DNA of 64,000 bases from Calcarisporiella thermophila CBS 279.70 (lineage: Eukaryota > Fungi > Calcarisporiellomycota), in NCBI RefSeq assembly GCF_041956535.1, contig NW_027192199.1, forward strand, positions 551,741-615,740, written 5' to 3'. A program made the translations under genes and the position numbers. Shown here piece by piece: positions 1 to 12,902 of this stretch. The notes beneath the pieces were generated by a model. That model was not told where the DNA came from, did no database searches, and saw only the letters and a list, made by a program, of their open reading frames with translations. The first letter of the stretch is position 1. Every line of letters begins with the position of its first letter.

Positions 1-89
1 CCCTCCCCCGACAATCAAGAGCTTAGGGATAGCTAGAGGATTGTCGGGATAGACCTTATTAGACATATATACGACGCAACATCATCAGT

Positions 90-171
90 GACAGCTTGTC
101 CGAGTGGTTAAGGAGTGTGACTAGAAATCACATGGGCTCTGCCCGCGCAGGTTCGAATCCTGCAGCTGTCG
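90..171 (+). tRNA. tRNA-Ser (anticodon AGA), type II with long variable arm
   Basis: Acceptor stem GACAGCT/AGCTGTC, D-arm TGTCCGAGTGGTTAAGG, anticodon stem-loop TGTGA-CTAGAAA-TCACA, variable arm GGGCTCTGCCC, T-loop GGTTCGAATCC. 82 nt, followed by a T-run near 188-192 (Pol III terminator-like). Confidence 0.97.
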
Positions 172-730
172 ATGAAAATCGTTTAACTTTTCCTCTGATT
201 GAAATCTGATACTTATTTTACCATTAATCATGTTCTGACTTTACCATCTTTTTATTTCTGTATATATTTGGGCATTAACGACAAACATGTCCTATACTCT
301 TCAAACTTTTCCTTTTCTTGTTTCCAATTTTGCTTTTTAATACATGATTATCTTATAAACAATAGCTTAATTTCAAAAATTTTTGGATAGCAGTCTATCC
401 ATCCTAGGCACTTCCAGTTACTCTTCGATGAGTCTATATTTTTTAAAAAAATTTTGACAGAGCTCTACTCTGCTCATTTTACTGGATAAAATTTATCTTA
501 TCTTCTATATAAAAAAATAATATTGGGCTTTATTTATATCAATTCAGTTATATCTATGATATCTGTAGCAATCTGTTGTTTAGGGTTAGGGTAGTTTTAA
601 GGTCTTAGTTAAAATAGTTTCCTTTCTTTTTCAACACAACTAGCATAATATTATTTGTTGCTAAGAGTCAGATTTTGGAACAAGTCGGAATAATATAAAC
701 ATTAATTTATTTAATAAAATTGAAATAATG

Positions 731-1178
731 GAAGAAGGGAGACATTATGAGAGTAAGCCCCGTTGAGTTACGCCAATTAAAGCGCAATCGCATAACTCTT
801 ATTTATGACCAACAGAATAAGCATCTCCCATCTTCCAATCTTCTCTTAACCCGCACTTTTTTCTCTCATCCGGTTGGATTTGAGAAAATACGCCTTATCT
901 CTATTCAGCCTTACTTAAACACTACTCATACTCAGGCTTCAAGCCATCTTTGTAAACAAATAGTGATAATTAAGGAGAACGAAAAAGGCGAGAGTGAGAA
1001 CCAAAAGAAGCTTGATTGGAAAATTCCTGCAAGCAGGAAGAGAATACTTTTAACCCTAATTACGGGAAGGCACTTTCTGCCAAAGTGTCCGGGGACTTTG
1101 CCCAAAGCCATTGTGAGAGCGCTATTAGGCTCCGTGTGTGTTGCTTCGAACGCGATTCTTCCGATGTCTCCCTTCTTC
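731..1178 (-). ncRNA. NME1: RNase MRP RNA
   Basis: Minus strand carries GGGCAAAGTCCCCGGACACTTTGGCAGAAAGTGCC (P4 5' strand/CR-I plus P8 with GARAR loop) and, near the 3' end, AGTTA...CAACGGGGCTTACTCTCA (CR-IV, CR-V/P4 3' strand). A perfect 15-bp inverted repeat (731-745 / 1164-1178) closes P1. Confidence 0.9.
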
Positions 1179-1988
1179 AAAGAGAAAAAGAGAGGAAAAT
1201 GAAAAATGCAATCTTAAATACTTTTTTTTGTTTACCAATTTGTGAGGCTTAGAAAATTGATAATTCGTGATTCAAAAATTGACAAGAAGCAACGTTCTAT
1301 AAGAATAGATGGGATACTATATAGGATTTTTCCTAGAAAAATTAAAGTAGAAATAGAATACTAAGACTATAAAGACCAAGTAGGATAGTGTCAGAAAATG
1401 AGACGAAAATAACAAAATAAACGTTTTCAACTCTTAAGAAAATATCAATTGTATTTCACTTATACAGTATTTCTTGCGAAATTTTGTTCAATTTTTCAAA
1501 GGACTGCTGCTTAATATCCACACTTTTCAACTCGCAAAGACTAGTTTATTCTCACAACAAAACACTATGCCCAACTTTCCTCATTTTACTTAGTTCTTTG
1601 GAGCACACAATATATTACTTACATATATATCTTGTATATTGTCTCTTTTTCTGTTTTTCTAATATTCTTTGCTCTTTTATTTCTATCATCTGTTGCTAGA
1701 ACCAATTTCTGGGCAACTGGCCAAAAATCCAAGAATATCTACGCGAGACATAGGCGATTGTAGGAGCCATTGTCAACAAGGAGAGACTGCTACTTCATCT
1801 CCCACATATTCTTTTACATCTTGGCTTAATTCTTTCTTTTCTTTATTTGTCCGTACTCACCATCTATAATCTTGGCCATTATTATTTAGGTAGTATTCTC
1901 TTGTTAGATGCTGCATTTGGCCCAACTAATAATCTTTTGTTCTTAATTGATTCACTTAATGCTTAGCCTTGTTTTCTAAATTAGAAAG

Positions 1989-4900
1989 ATGAGTGGTGGT
2001 AATATTAAAGTGGTAGTGCGATGTCGCCCTCTCAATTCACGAGGTATTTTTAATTTTCTCAATATTCTATTGTATAATAGCTGAACATAATTCATTTTTC
2101 TTTTAATTTGACGGAACAGAGCTGGCCAGGGGTGCAACATGTCTCATACGCATGGAAGGAAACCAGACTATCCTCACATCACCATCAGATGAAAAGAACT
2201 TCAAGGCATTTACCTTTGACAAATCGTATTGGTCGGGTGACAGATCTGCTCCCAATTATGCCAGTCAAGACACTATATACAATGACTTAGGTGTTGAGTT
2301 GCTTGACCATGCGTTCGAAGGATACAATACTTGTATTTTTGCTTGTAAGACTCTGTTTTTTTTCTAACAATTGCTATCATTTACTCAGAAATTATGTTTT
2401 ATTATATTTTTAGATGGACAAACTGGCTCCGGCAAAAGCTACTCAATGGTAAATATTTTCGTCTTATTTGCTAATATAATGGATAAGCTTAACTTTTCAA
2501 TTTGTCTAGATGGGCTATGGAGAAGATAAGGGTTTAATCCCGCGTACTTGCAACGCGTTATTTCAAAGAATTTTATCTAATGAGGATCCGAATCTCTCAT
2601 TTCGAGTTGAAGTATCTTACATTGAGATCTACAATGAACGTGTGCGTGATCTGCTCAATCCTAAAGTCAAAGGTCCATTACGTGTACGAGAGCATCCTTC
2701 ACTTGGCCCGTATGTTGAGGATCTCTCCAAATTGGTTGTTACATCATTTAGCGATATTGATTCGCTTATGGATGAGGGCAATAAAGTAAGGACTAAAAAT
2801 GACTTTGTGGTCTTTAGAGGATACTTACTCTGTTAATCTTTAGGCAAGAACTGTGGCCGCGACAAATATGAATGAGACTTCCAGCCGCTCTCATGCTGTC
2901 TTTACTGTGTTACTAACACAAAAGAGATTCGACGAGCTTACAAAACTTGAAACCGAGAAGGTCTCACGTATCAGGTCGGTTTTACTTCATGTTTATATAG
3001 GCCAAATTTTTCATTCGATGATAGAATATAACAATATATTTCTCTCTAATTTAGTTTGGTAGATCTGGCAGGGAGCGAACGCGCCAATGCAACTGGTGCA
3101 ACTGGCCAGCGGTTAAAGGAGGGAGCAAATATTAACAAGAGTCTAACAACTCTTGGAAAAGTTATCGCTGCTTTGGCTGAGAATTCAAGCGGACATGGAA
3201 AAAAGAAGAAAGAAGTTTTCATTCCATACCGGGATTCGGTTAGCAGCAAACGTTTTTCGCCCTCAGTTATAATATATTAACTTTAACATTTATTAGGTGC
3301 TCACATGGTTATTAAAAGATTCGCTAGGTGGAAACTCGAAAACTGCCATGATTGCCGCTATATCTCCAGCTGACTATGAAGAAACACTAAGCACATTGCG
3401 ATACGCAGATCAAGCTAAAAAGATTAAGAACAAGGCAGTTGTCAATGAAGATCCTAACGCCAAACTCATCCGCGATCTCAAAGAGGAACTTGAATTGCTA
3501 CGCTCTAAACTTGCGCAATATGACCCTGATGAGGCAGCAGCTCTTGCTGCAAACAGTGTGGCTAGTCCAGGTGGAGGCCGCACAAGCACCCTTAAATTTA
3601 ATCCTAAAGCTTTGGTAACCATCACGGATATCCATGGTAATGTTAAGACAATGAGCAAGGAAGAAATCCAAGACCAACTGCAGGCATCTGAGAAGTTGCT
3701 AAAAGATATCAATGAGACTTGGGAAGATAAATTGCGTAAAACACAGGAAATTCAGGCAGAGCGTGAGCGTACTCTCGAAGAGCTTGGAATTATGGTGGAG
3801 CGTAATCACGTTGGAGTACATACCCCAAAGAAGGTGCCACATCTTGTCAATCTTAATGAGGATCCATTGATGTCCGAATGTCTTATCTATCAAATTAAAC
3901 CTGGTATCACCCGTGTTGGTCGGATGGATAGTGATGTTCCTGCTGAGATTCGTTTAAGTGGCGACAATATCCTCAGTCAGCATTGTCATTTTGAAAATAA
4001 CAACGGTGTAGTAACATTACACCCAGCTGAAAATAGCATGACCATGGTGAACGGTCAAAGAATTTCCAAATCACGTCGCATACGCAGCGGTTTTCGTGTT
4101 ATTCTTGGCGATCATCATGTTTTCCGATTTAATAACCCTGAAGAAGTCCGTCGGGAACGCGAGTCTTTACAGCGCAGTGCAGTTACACAGAGTGCTAATC
4201 TCGCAAGTGGCGGTTCAATAAGTAATGAGTTACCCGTCGAGCCAGATATAAGGCCAGATTCGCCTACCTCTTCAGCATCTGTCGTGTCTGAGGCAATGAT
4301 TGACTGGAACTATGCGCGTCGCGAGGCTTATTCGAGTATCACAAGTTCTGAACACACATTTGATAATTTAAACAACGAAGAACTTGAGAAGCTTCACAAT
4401 GATATTGCTAAAGCTTTTAAACAACGCCGAAGTGGCCAGCCCGAGAGTCGTGAAGGCGATTCTAGTACTGAATCGAGTGTATCTCTTCATGATCGACTCA
4501 ATCCAGAGGACGAGATCACAGGGGAAGAACTAATCAGGCGCGCCGAGTTAGAACAGAAACTCAAGAATAAGGAAGAGCAAATCCAAAAGTTGCAACGGAG
4601 TTACGAAAGTGAACTTAAACGAATGTCGAAACAAGTTCTCGCCAGTGGGCTATTACCGGGATTTAGCGAAGAAGAGTTGTTAGTTGCGCGCAGAGTTGCC
4701 GACCATTGGCGTGGGCTTCGATACATCAAATTAGCTGAAGACGCGCTGAAAAATGCTGTACTCCTAAAGGAGGCTAATATTATAAGCCGTGAACTTGAAA
4801 AGCAAGTTCTTTACCAGTTTACAATACTAGACGATACATCCGCAGCGGTCTCATTTTGGGAGAATACAGCCGCTTTTGGGCAGCTTAGCGAAACTGAAGA

Positions 4901-7348
4901 TGTATCACTTGCTTCAACACAAAAACCTGCAATTGCGGTTAAGGTGCTGGATATGAAGCATGAAGTAATTTATGTATGGCCCTTAGAGAAACTCCAGTCA
5001 AAATTGCAACAGATGCGCAGGCTCTACAATTACATTGACAGACCTTCAGTGAGCAAACACTTCAATTGGGAAGATCCTTTTTACGAGAAGCCGAGTCCGC
5101 TCTATACTCTCATAGGAATTGCTTCAGTTCCTCTCCAAACACTACTTGCGCAAAAACGAATTGTCACCTCTGTCCCAATATTGAATGGTGTCACTGGAGT
5201 TCAGAAGGGTTATTGTCGAATTGAACTTGCACCAATTGTTGCCGCGAATCATCACCAGCAGCATCAAGCTCATGACACAAAGGAAACCGAGATTGGAGGC
5301 CAATTATTATTCGAGGTAGTAATTGGCGAACTTCACGGAATATCTGAAGTGGATTTCACGGAGTTGCATGTCCAGTTTAGACTCTCTTCATTTGGCAATG
5401 TTTCTCCTTACTCTTCAGCGGAGCGTATTTTTGCTACACTTCCAGCAAGCGGGTTCGGCGAGTCTTTCGTTGATTTTGCCTATCGTCAATCATTGACGCT
5501 TGCACTGACCCCCGAAGTTTTAGAGAAATTGCGAATTGGCGTATTGCCATTTGAGATATTTGGACGGGCACGGCCTCGTGCACTTTTGGAAAACCAGCGC
5601 TACGATGATATAAGAGAACAAGCTTCGCTTCGAGTGCTTCCCAGTCCTCATGTAAATGAAATGAATGGTAATGGAGATGATGCCTCATCCTCTTCTGAAA
5701 TGAGGCGAAAAGAGGATGATTGGCTCTCCGAAGAACGACATGATGTGATGGCATGGATACAAGTGGCAGAGCCTGGGGCTACAGGAGACTATGTGCCTGT
5801 AAATTTGGTTGCGCAAGGAAATAATCCGCTAGATCAAGGGGCTTTTCAATTGCGTCAAGGATATCAGCGTCGTATTCTGCTGACTCTTTCACATAATTCA
5901 GGCCAACAATTCCGTTGGACACGGGTGTCTAAACTTGCTATTGGATGTGTGCGTCTCCTTGATAGCAAAGGCCGCTTGGCAAAATCGCCTTCTCATGGAG
6001 AACTGCTACTTAATCTGTTGCCGAACCAAGAGGTAGAGTACCATCTTGATGGAACAAGCACTCTGACAGCTCAAGGAGCATGGGACAGCTCATTACACGA
6101 ATCACCCTTCCTTAATCGACCAACTCCACAAAATCAACGTGTTGTGCTCTCGATGAAATGTTATGTAGAGACGGAAAGATGTCTGGAGCCTATTTTATTC
6201 AGCACCGACATAGCCATCCAAGTTAATAGCCGCGAAGCCCGTACACCATCACGCCTTGCAAAGCTGCTCGGATCGACTCGCCAGCTGTCTCGTATGAGCG
6301 CACTTTTTCTTGTGACATTGCGTCCCTCAATGGCTCGGAATCCTGCGGATTTATGGCGTTTAAACACAGCTGGAAAGTATGTGAGAGGAGAAGAAGTGCT
6401 TGGACAATGGCGGCCACGTGGGGTATCACTGGTTACTGATTATCGGCGAGCGCGAGCATTAATACATCGAGTTCGAGATGTTGAGCTAACTAGGCAGCGG
6501 CTTATATGTCTCCAGCAACTTCAAAATCAGGAGGAACAGCATGTTGAAGGGGCTTTGAAAATTGGCAACGGTAATGTTTCAGAACAAGATGAAGAGAATC
6601 TAGACGATCCTCTTTGTGAGAGCAAGGAATTATTGGAAGAACAACTACTCTACCGAGCTATTTCACTCTGGCAGACCAAGCTTGGAAACTTGGCTGAGGT
6701 AATTAGGAAGAAGTGTGAGAGACAAAAAGGATAGTTTTTAATTGTTTATATTTTTTTAAGATCGTTCTCAATCAGGATCCGCCTGTCTTGCAGGAACAGG
6801 ATGTGAAGAGATTCCCAAACTCTGAATCAAAGTTAACGGCAGCCGTTAAACCGATTATTCCAACGTGAGTGTCCTATTTAGTTTCATAAATATTATTCTG
6901 ATTTTCACACAATTTTATTCTTAAGTGATACCGTATCGAAACGAGGCTATTTATTTTGTCCAGAGGATGGCCATCGTGTATGGATGAAGCGATGGTTTGT
7001 CATTCGACGGTTTGTATAGTTTCTATATTCAGTAATGTTCGTAATTTTAACTTCTTAATTATGGATTTTAGTCCGTACATGTTTAAGTATGCTTCCCAGG
7101 CTGAAACGGAAGAGCTAGGAGTAATCAATTTATCTTCGAGCCGGGTAGACTACAAGCGGCCGCTTGAAAATATGCTTGAAAGACCTTTTGTGTTTGCGGT
7201 GTATACCCCCAATAATGCTTATATGCTTCAGGCATCCTCTCACGGCGAAATGGTTGAATGGATTACGAAAATTGATCAGTTTTATCCAGTTTCCAGCATC
7301 ACTTTCGATGACGATTCTCAGAATTTACTTTCTTCGGTCGAGAATTAA
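1989..7348 (+). CDS. unc-104: Kinesin-3 motor (KIF1/Unc-104 family): motor, FHA, coiled coils, DUF3694-type region, C-terminal PH; multi-exon
   Basis: Starts [15 protein letters not shown]-loop GQTGSGKS lies in a 35-nt exon (2414-2448). Also [28 protein letters not shown], the kinesin-3 [19 protein letters not shown] segment and a C-terminal PH (WMKRWFVIR...EWITKID). Confidence 0.95.
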
Positions 7349-7878
7349 AATTATTTAGGAACTCCCCCCCCCCCCCCAATCATATCCCTCTACATCTCTT
7401 GGAATTTTATCCACTTTTCCTCTCAATTCTATTTTTCTTGCGATGAGTTAATCGAATTTGTCTCCTTTATACCATTGTCCTCTCTGTTATGGCCAAATTA
7501 TTTTACCATTTAGAGTCGTAAAATATCTGCCATTATATTTCCCTCCTTTTACAATGTTCTATTAGAATTCCTTTTTATTCTCTCCTCTATATATTATTAG
7601 TATAGTCTATTAGTTTGCATATGGCTTTCTCTGTATCTTCTCTCTTTATATCAGATAATATATTCATATTGTTTGCTCTCCAACTTTCATACTCAAGCAT
7701 CTTCTATTAATTGAAATATTATTAGATGCAAAAATTATCAACATTATAGTGCAAAAACTAACTGTAATAAAAAGAAGATTTGTATATAAATGAATGGACA
7801 TTCTGAATCTATCAGATTCATGGATTCATATCAGAGTAGATCAAGGTGACATCACAAAAGACAAAGAACTAACCTTGC

Positions 7879-8124
7879 TCATATGTCACCATATATATTG
7901 TACATCTCGCTACATCGAATGAATTCATCTCTATGTGGTAGAACGGTTAATAGTCTACGCATTCTGCTCAGCCATTGAGGTTTGTCCCATTCATCACTCG
8001 TTATGTATGCTCCGTCTCTGTATTGTCGGGGCCGATATCCAGGAGTAATTACAGTGCGGCGGCGGGTATATTTTGCAACTTTGATAAACTCCACCATAGA
8101 AAAATATTTCCTTTTTAATCCCAT
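7879..8124 (-). CDS. Possible small orphan protein (81 aa)
   Basis: Intronless ORF in a locally less AT-rich island, with an upstream TATATA near 8175-8182. No recognisable motif. Confidence 0.25.
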   Translation of the reverse strand: MGLKRKYFSMVEFIKVAKYTRRRTVITPGYRPRQYRDGAYITSDEWDKPQWLSRMRRLLTVLPHRDEFIRCSEMYNIYGDI

Positions 8125-8956
8125 ATTTATTAAATAGTAAATTATTGTTGTGAGTTTGAGCAGAGAACACTGGGAATATATATTTTGTTAAAGGAAGGGA
8201 AAGTAGTAACCAGAGGATTCAAAGGGAACGTGAAAAAAAGTCTTTATTATTTAATGACAGATGCTTTACGTTTAAAAAGAAAAGCAATTATAATTATGTA
8301 ATAATGCGATAAAACAAAATGTTTTAAACAGCGATTATGCTGCATTGTGCATCTAACAAATCCCTGAATGCGTAAAGCTGGCTTTAGGTGGATAGTATGA
8401 GTAGACTAAGCCCTAGGAAAAATAGAATGTGACATTTTTCAACGAGTTGGAATTAGATTATCGACTTGAGAAAACCACAAAAGATTTGCATTTATGATCG
8501 AAGCATTTTTAAAGCGTTTTTAAAAAAATCCCCATATTATTGCTTGCTAAACTTACTGCTTATAATACCCATTCACTGTATAAAAGTTTTATGTAATTTC
8601 GCACCCTTGGAATATCCAATTGAAAAATGTCAGGTATTACTAATAAAAACGATTTATTATGAAATAGAAAAAAATCCATGAACAATACTTTTGAATCAGA
8701 TAGAAAATATAGGCTAACGCGGCATGCTTAAATTGGCTTATGAATATACAACTAACATTCAGTTCAATATGATCCCACAGTCGCAAGTTTGGATTGTTAA
8801 AGATTTTTTTAAACTAAATTCCAAAAGATTTTACATCTTAGGAAACCTTAACCTACTCATGATTATAAAAAGTGAAGTTTTGAAGTAAATTATAATTTTT
8901 TTCTAAGTGGCTTGGATATCAAATGGATTGATTTTGATCCATTATGTTAATATTTT

Positions 8957-11289
8957 ATGAGGCTATTTCCCTTCTGTATTACTGCACGAAATTCTCTTCT
9001 TCGCCCACGATTCCCCAGCAAATATCCCCTTCAGCTAACAATTCGCCTTGACTGTTGCCATCTGACACGAACATATTTTCCCATGAACGTTTTAGTGTAT
9101 AATGGCGAAGGTGCCTCAACATTGTCAGTTAATCACGTTACTGAGAGACTTAAATTCTTGCTTGGGCACAAATATGATGTTATTAGCATAGATGCACAAG
9201 CTCTTCGCACCGAACCTTGGGAGGATAGTTGTGCTTTATTAGTAGTTCCTGGTGGTCGAGATCTTCCCTATGTTAGAGATTTACCCGCCAACAGCATCTC
9301 GAACTTTGTTTCGAGAGGAGGAAGATATATTGGGTTTTGCGCGGGATCTTATTATGCTTCATCAGAAATTGAATTTATGCGAGGAGTTGCCGGAATGGAA
9401 GTATGCGGAAAGAGGGAGCTTGGTTTTTTTCCGGGTTTATGTCGTGGCCCTATATATCCTGGTTTTACTTATGAGGGAGAGCAAAGTGCTCGCGCTGAAA
9501 CAGTTATCATTAGCGAGGAATTCAGACACCGTGCACAAAAATCCTTTGGATATCCGGTAGAAAAGGAGATTTCTATGTATTATAATGGTGGAGGCTACTT
9601 TGTCGATGCAGATTGCTTCAAGAATGTTGAGGTTTTGGCCCGATATAAGATGGAAGATAATCAAGAACACCCGCAAGATCAGGAAAAAGCTGCAGTTATC
9701 AAATGTTCAATTGGGAAAGGCGCCGCAGTACTTTTTGGACCTCATACTGAATATGTAGGAAGCCTTTTAGACGCACGAAATAACTATGCCTCGGGAGTAA
9801 TAGAACGGTTGCGTGCTGATGATCTCTGCCGTGAACACTTTTTGCGCACTATTCTTGATGATATAGGGTTACATGTAACTAAAGAGAACACGCAAATACC
9901 CCTGCTTACGCCATTATATCTTTTGAGCGAAGTACCGCAGCTATCTGAGCAACTTGGCTTACAGCTAAAACGAATTGGCGAAACAAATGGATTAATTCGC
10001 TGTTCAAATGATAATTTTCAGCTTGTAGAAAACACTGACCAGAGCTATCTCCTGGAGATAACTGAAGCCGAGAGTGGAAAACCGAAGCCTCTTGTGGTTT
10101 GTAGAGGCGGCCCTCCAAATCCTGCGCTTTTGCCGTATTTTGATGCTGGAGAATATTTCCAACGACTTTCTGAATATCGTCAGAATGCCAGACAACTATT
10201 TGCACCGGATATGGAGTTTGGGTCAGTGGTATTATATGGAGAGGTTGTTACATCAACACAAACTATTTTGGAAAAGTAAGTCACTATTTCCATAGTTTCT
10301 TACAAATACCTAATTCATTATGTGCATGTTTTTTTAGAAACCATGAATTGGGACAAATTTTCCCAAATGGCCTTGTATTTGTTGCAACAAAGCAAATTGC
10401 CGGTCGCGGTAAACTTGGTTTTATTTTTCATGGCTCTGAGACGTTTATTAATTATACAATAACTAGGGCGTGGCCGTAATTCTTGGATATCTCCGGCTGG
10501 ATGTCTGCAGTTTTCGCTGCTTTTGCGATTCCCCTTATCAGCGAACGCATCACCTGTTTTCATTCAATATCTTGCTGGTTTAGCGATTGTTGAGGCCGTT
10601 CGGACCCGCCCTGGTTACGAGGAGATTCCGCTGCGATTAAAGTGGCCGAATGATATATATGCTGAATTGCAAGATGGCACTACAGTTAAGATTGGCGGTA
10701 TTTTAGTAAACAGCTCTTTCACTAAGAACGAGTTTACCATTGTTGTTGGTTAGTTGTTATTTTGGCAAGACGATTTTTTCAATTAGGAGTAATTTTTGAT
10801 CCACATTTTAGGATGTGGTATTAATACGTCAAATCCACTCCCAACAACATCCATCAACCATATTATTTCGCGAGCGAATCAAGTGCATGGAAGCCGGCTT
10901 GAGATATTTTCTCAAGAAACCCTACTGGCTGCTATCATGGTTAAATTCGAGGCTTTTTATCGTCGTTTTCTTTTGAATGGATTCGATAATGATTTGATGA
11001 AGCTCTATACCCGTAGGTGGTTGCATAGGTAAATATCTCACCCCTTCTTTTATACAGCATTTGCTCTTAATTAATGCAACTCACCTGATTTTATTTAAGT
11101 GGGCAAGTGATAACTCTTGCACATGAAGAACCCCATCGTCTTGCGCGTATACTTGGATTAACGAAAGACTTCGGTTTACTTGAGACAGAAGAGATCGATG
11201 AGCAGGGCAAATCGACTGGAAAAATTTTTCAGCTTCAGCCCGATGGTAACAGCTTTGATATGCTCAAAGGGTTGATCAAACGGAAGTGA
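8957..11289 (+). CDS. BPL1: Biotin--protein ligase (holocarboxylase synthetase) with BPL_N domain; multi-exon. The conserved start is ATG 9083.
   Basis: MNVLVYNGEG, PGGRDLPY, GFCAGSYY, STQTILEK, spliced QIAGRGRGRNSWISP, KWPNDIY, KIGGILVN, LQPDGNSFDMLKGLI. Confidence 0.95.
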
Positions 11290-11972
11290 TTTGTTGAGAT
11301 TTTACAAGGGGGAAGACTCTAGTTAAATATGTATCGAGTTGAAATTACTTCAATAGAATGAGGAATGATAAACGGTGAAAATGTTTAAAAAATTCGCTAG
11401 GATGATTACAGAGTGAAATACCTATATTATCCAACGTGTATATATCCATTCCTGTTATTATATATTTTATTACGCTAATTTATTGAAACCGGGTATTTAC
11501 GGAAGTGCAATCTGTGCGGCAGCCTAAATTCTCCTAAATAGCTTGAAATATTTAGATATAACAATATTATTTTTGCTGCCTATTAATTCTGATCGGATTA
11601 GGTTGAGGAAAGAAAAGGCTACGAAATTCACCCAATACGTATTCATCCTTGCTACTCTCTTGTAAATTTTAAATTCTCTAGCTTAATGAATGGTTACCGA
11701 TATTAAACTCCAAAATGCCCAGTCAGCCTAGGGATAATTGCAACATGAAATAAATTCTTTAGGGACGTTCACAAATACTGTATCCAAAAGAGTTGTTTTT
11801 AAATTTTTTATATAATTTTCTATTTGCCAAAAAAAGTTGCTATCATACTAGCAATACCATCACCAGAGTCTCATTCAAGCAAATACGAGTGGCTTATAAT
11901 AATTCAAACAAACCCCGAAACACTAATAGCTTGTGTAGTCACAGAAAAAAGATATCTATTATTATTAATGCA

Positions 11973-12564
11973 ATGTTTGCAACACGACTCCTAAGTCGCC
12001 GTCCTCACCTTTTGTTTCGAGCGAAGGTTCACGGCAAAAGCCGATTAATTCATAATGAAAGACCTTTGCCTGATCCACGTCCCCGCAGAGGCCTTTACAT
12101 TCTTGGCGGAGTAGCAGGGATTTCATTGTGGGCAGTTGGTCTCGCAACAGCTATGAACTACCAGCGGCTGTCGACAAGTGTAGTTACAGGAACGCTTTTC
12201 ACGGTACGCCATGATCCCACGGCCAAACAAGCGCTCGGAAACAATATAGGGTATGCTTCCAGGTGGCCATGGATATCGGGAACAGTCAATCACTTCAAGG
12301 GAAGAGTAGATGTACAGTTCGATGTTAAAGGAGAAAAAGGTAAATTTGCAGATGTCATGGAAGAGTGAGTGGCATTGATTGAATCAATTCTTTCTCCCTA
12401 TCCACATAGCCAAAGGGAGAGTACGCTTTGCAACGCATCGAAAAGGGGCCGATTGGTATCTGGAAGATTTTACACTTAAGCTGGAGGATGGGTCTATTTA
12501 TCACTTAGACTCTGGCGTGTGTCTGACGAATACAGGAGAGCTGGATATTTCAGAATCGAAATAG
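11973..12564 (+). CDS. COA1: Cytochrome c oxidase assembly factor Coa1 family; one intron
   Basis: Arg-rich mitochondrial presequence, one TM helix, then NYQRLSTSVV...ALGNNI...WPWISGTVNHFKGRVDVQFDVKG, and exon 2 GRVRFATHR. Confidence 0.8.
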
Positions 12565-12902
12565 TTATGCTATAATAGAAATATACATAAATAGTTGCTC
12601 ACAACAGCTTCCTAGCACACACTGCACCCCAAAATAATTGTAATAACTAATAAGCCTACCGTAATTGAAAACCTTCTTTTGGGATAACATTATTCGCCGC
12701 TAGTCGAAATTTTTTCAATACTCTATTTCCATTGATGCCCTATCGTCTATTATCTATTATCGTTAATGGAGTGGCACTTGTGGCTCAACCTTTACGTCAT
12801 CATTGTTTAGTATTTTGAGGCATCGATTCTGTACCATTTTTTCCTCAAAAACACTCGCATAAGCACATTATCGTGTAGGAATCAAATCCGTGATAGGAAG
12901 GC

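Noticed and set aside
579-594. TTAGGG telomere-like repeat
   Set aside because: Only two units, in an interstitial position; expected by chance.
747-1252. ORFs 747-1202(+), 932-1180(-) and 1016-1252(+)
   Set aside because: No protein motifs; they overlap the RNase MRP RNA, which explains the sequence.
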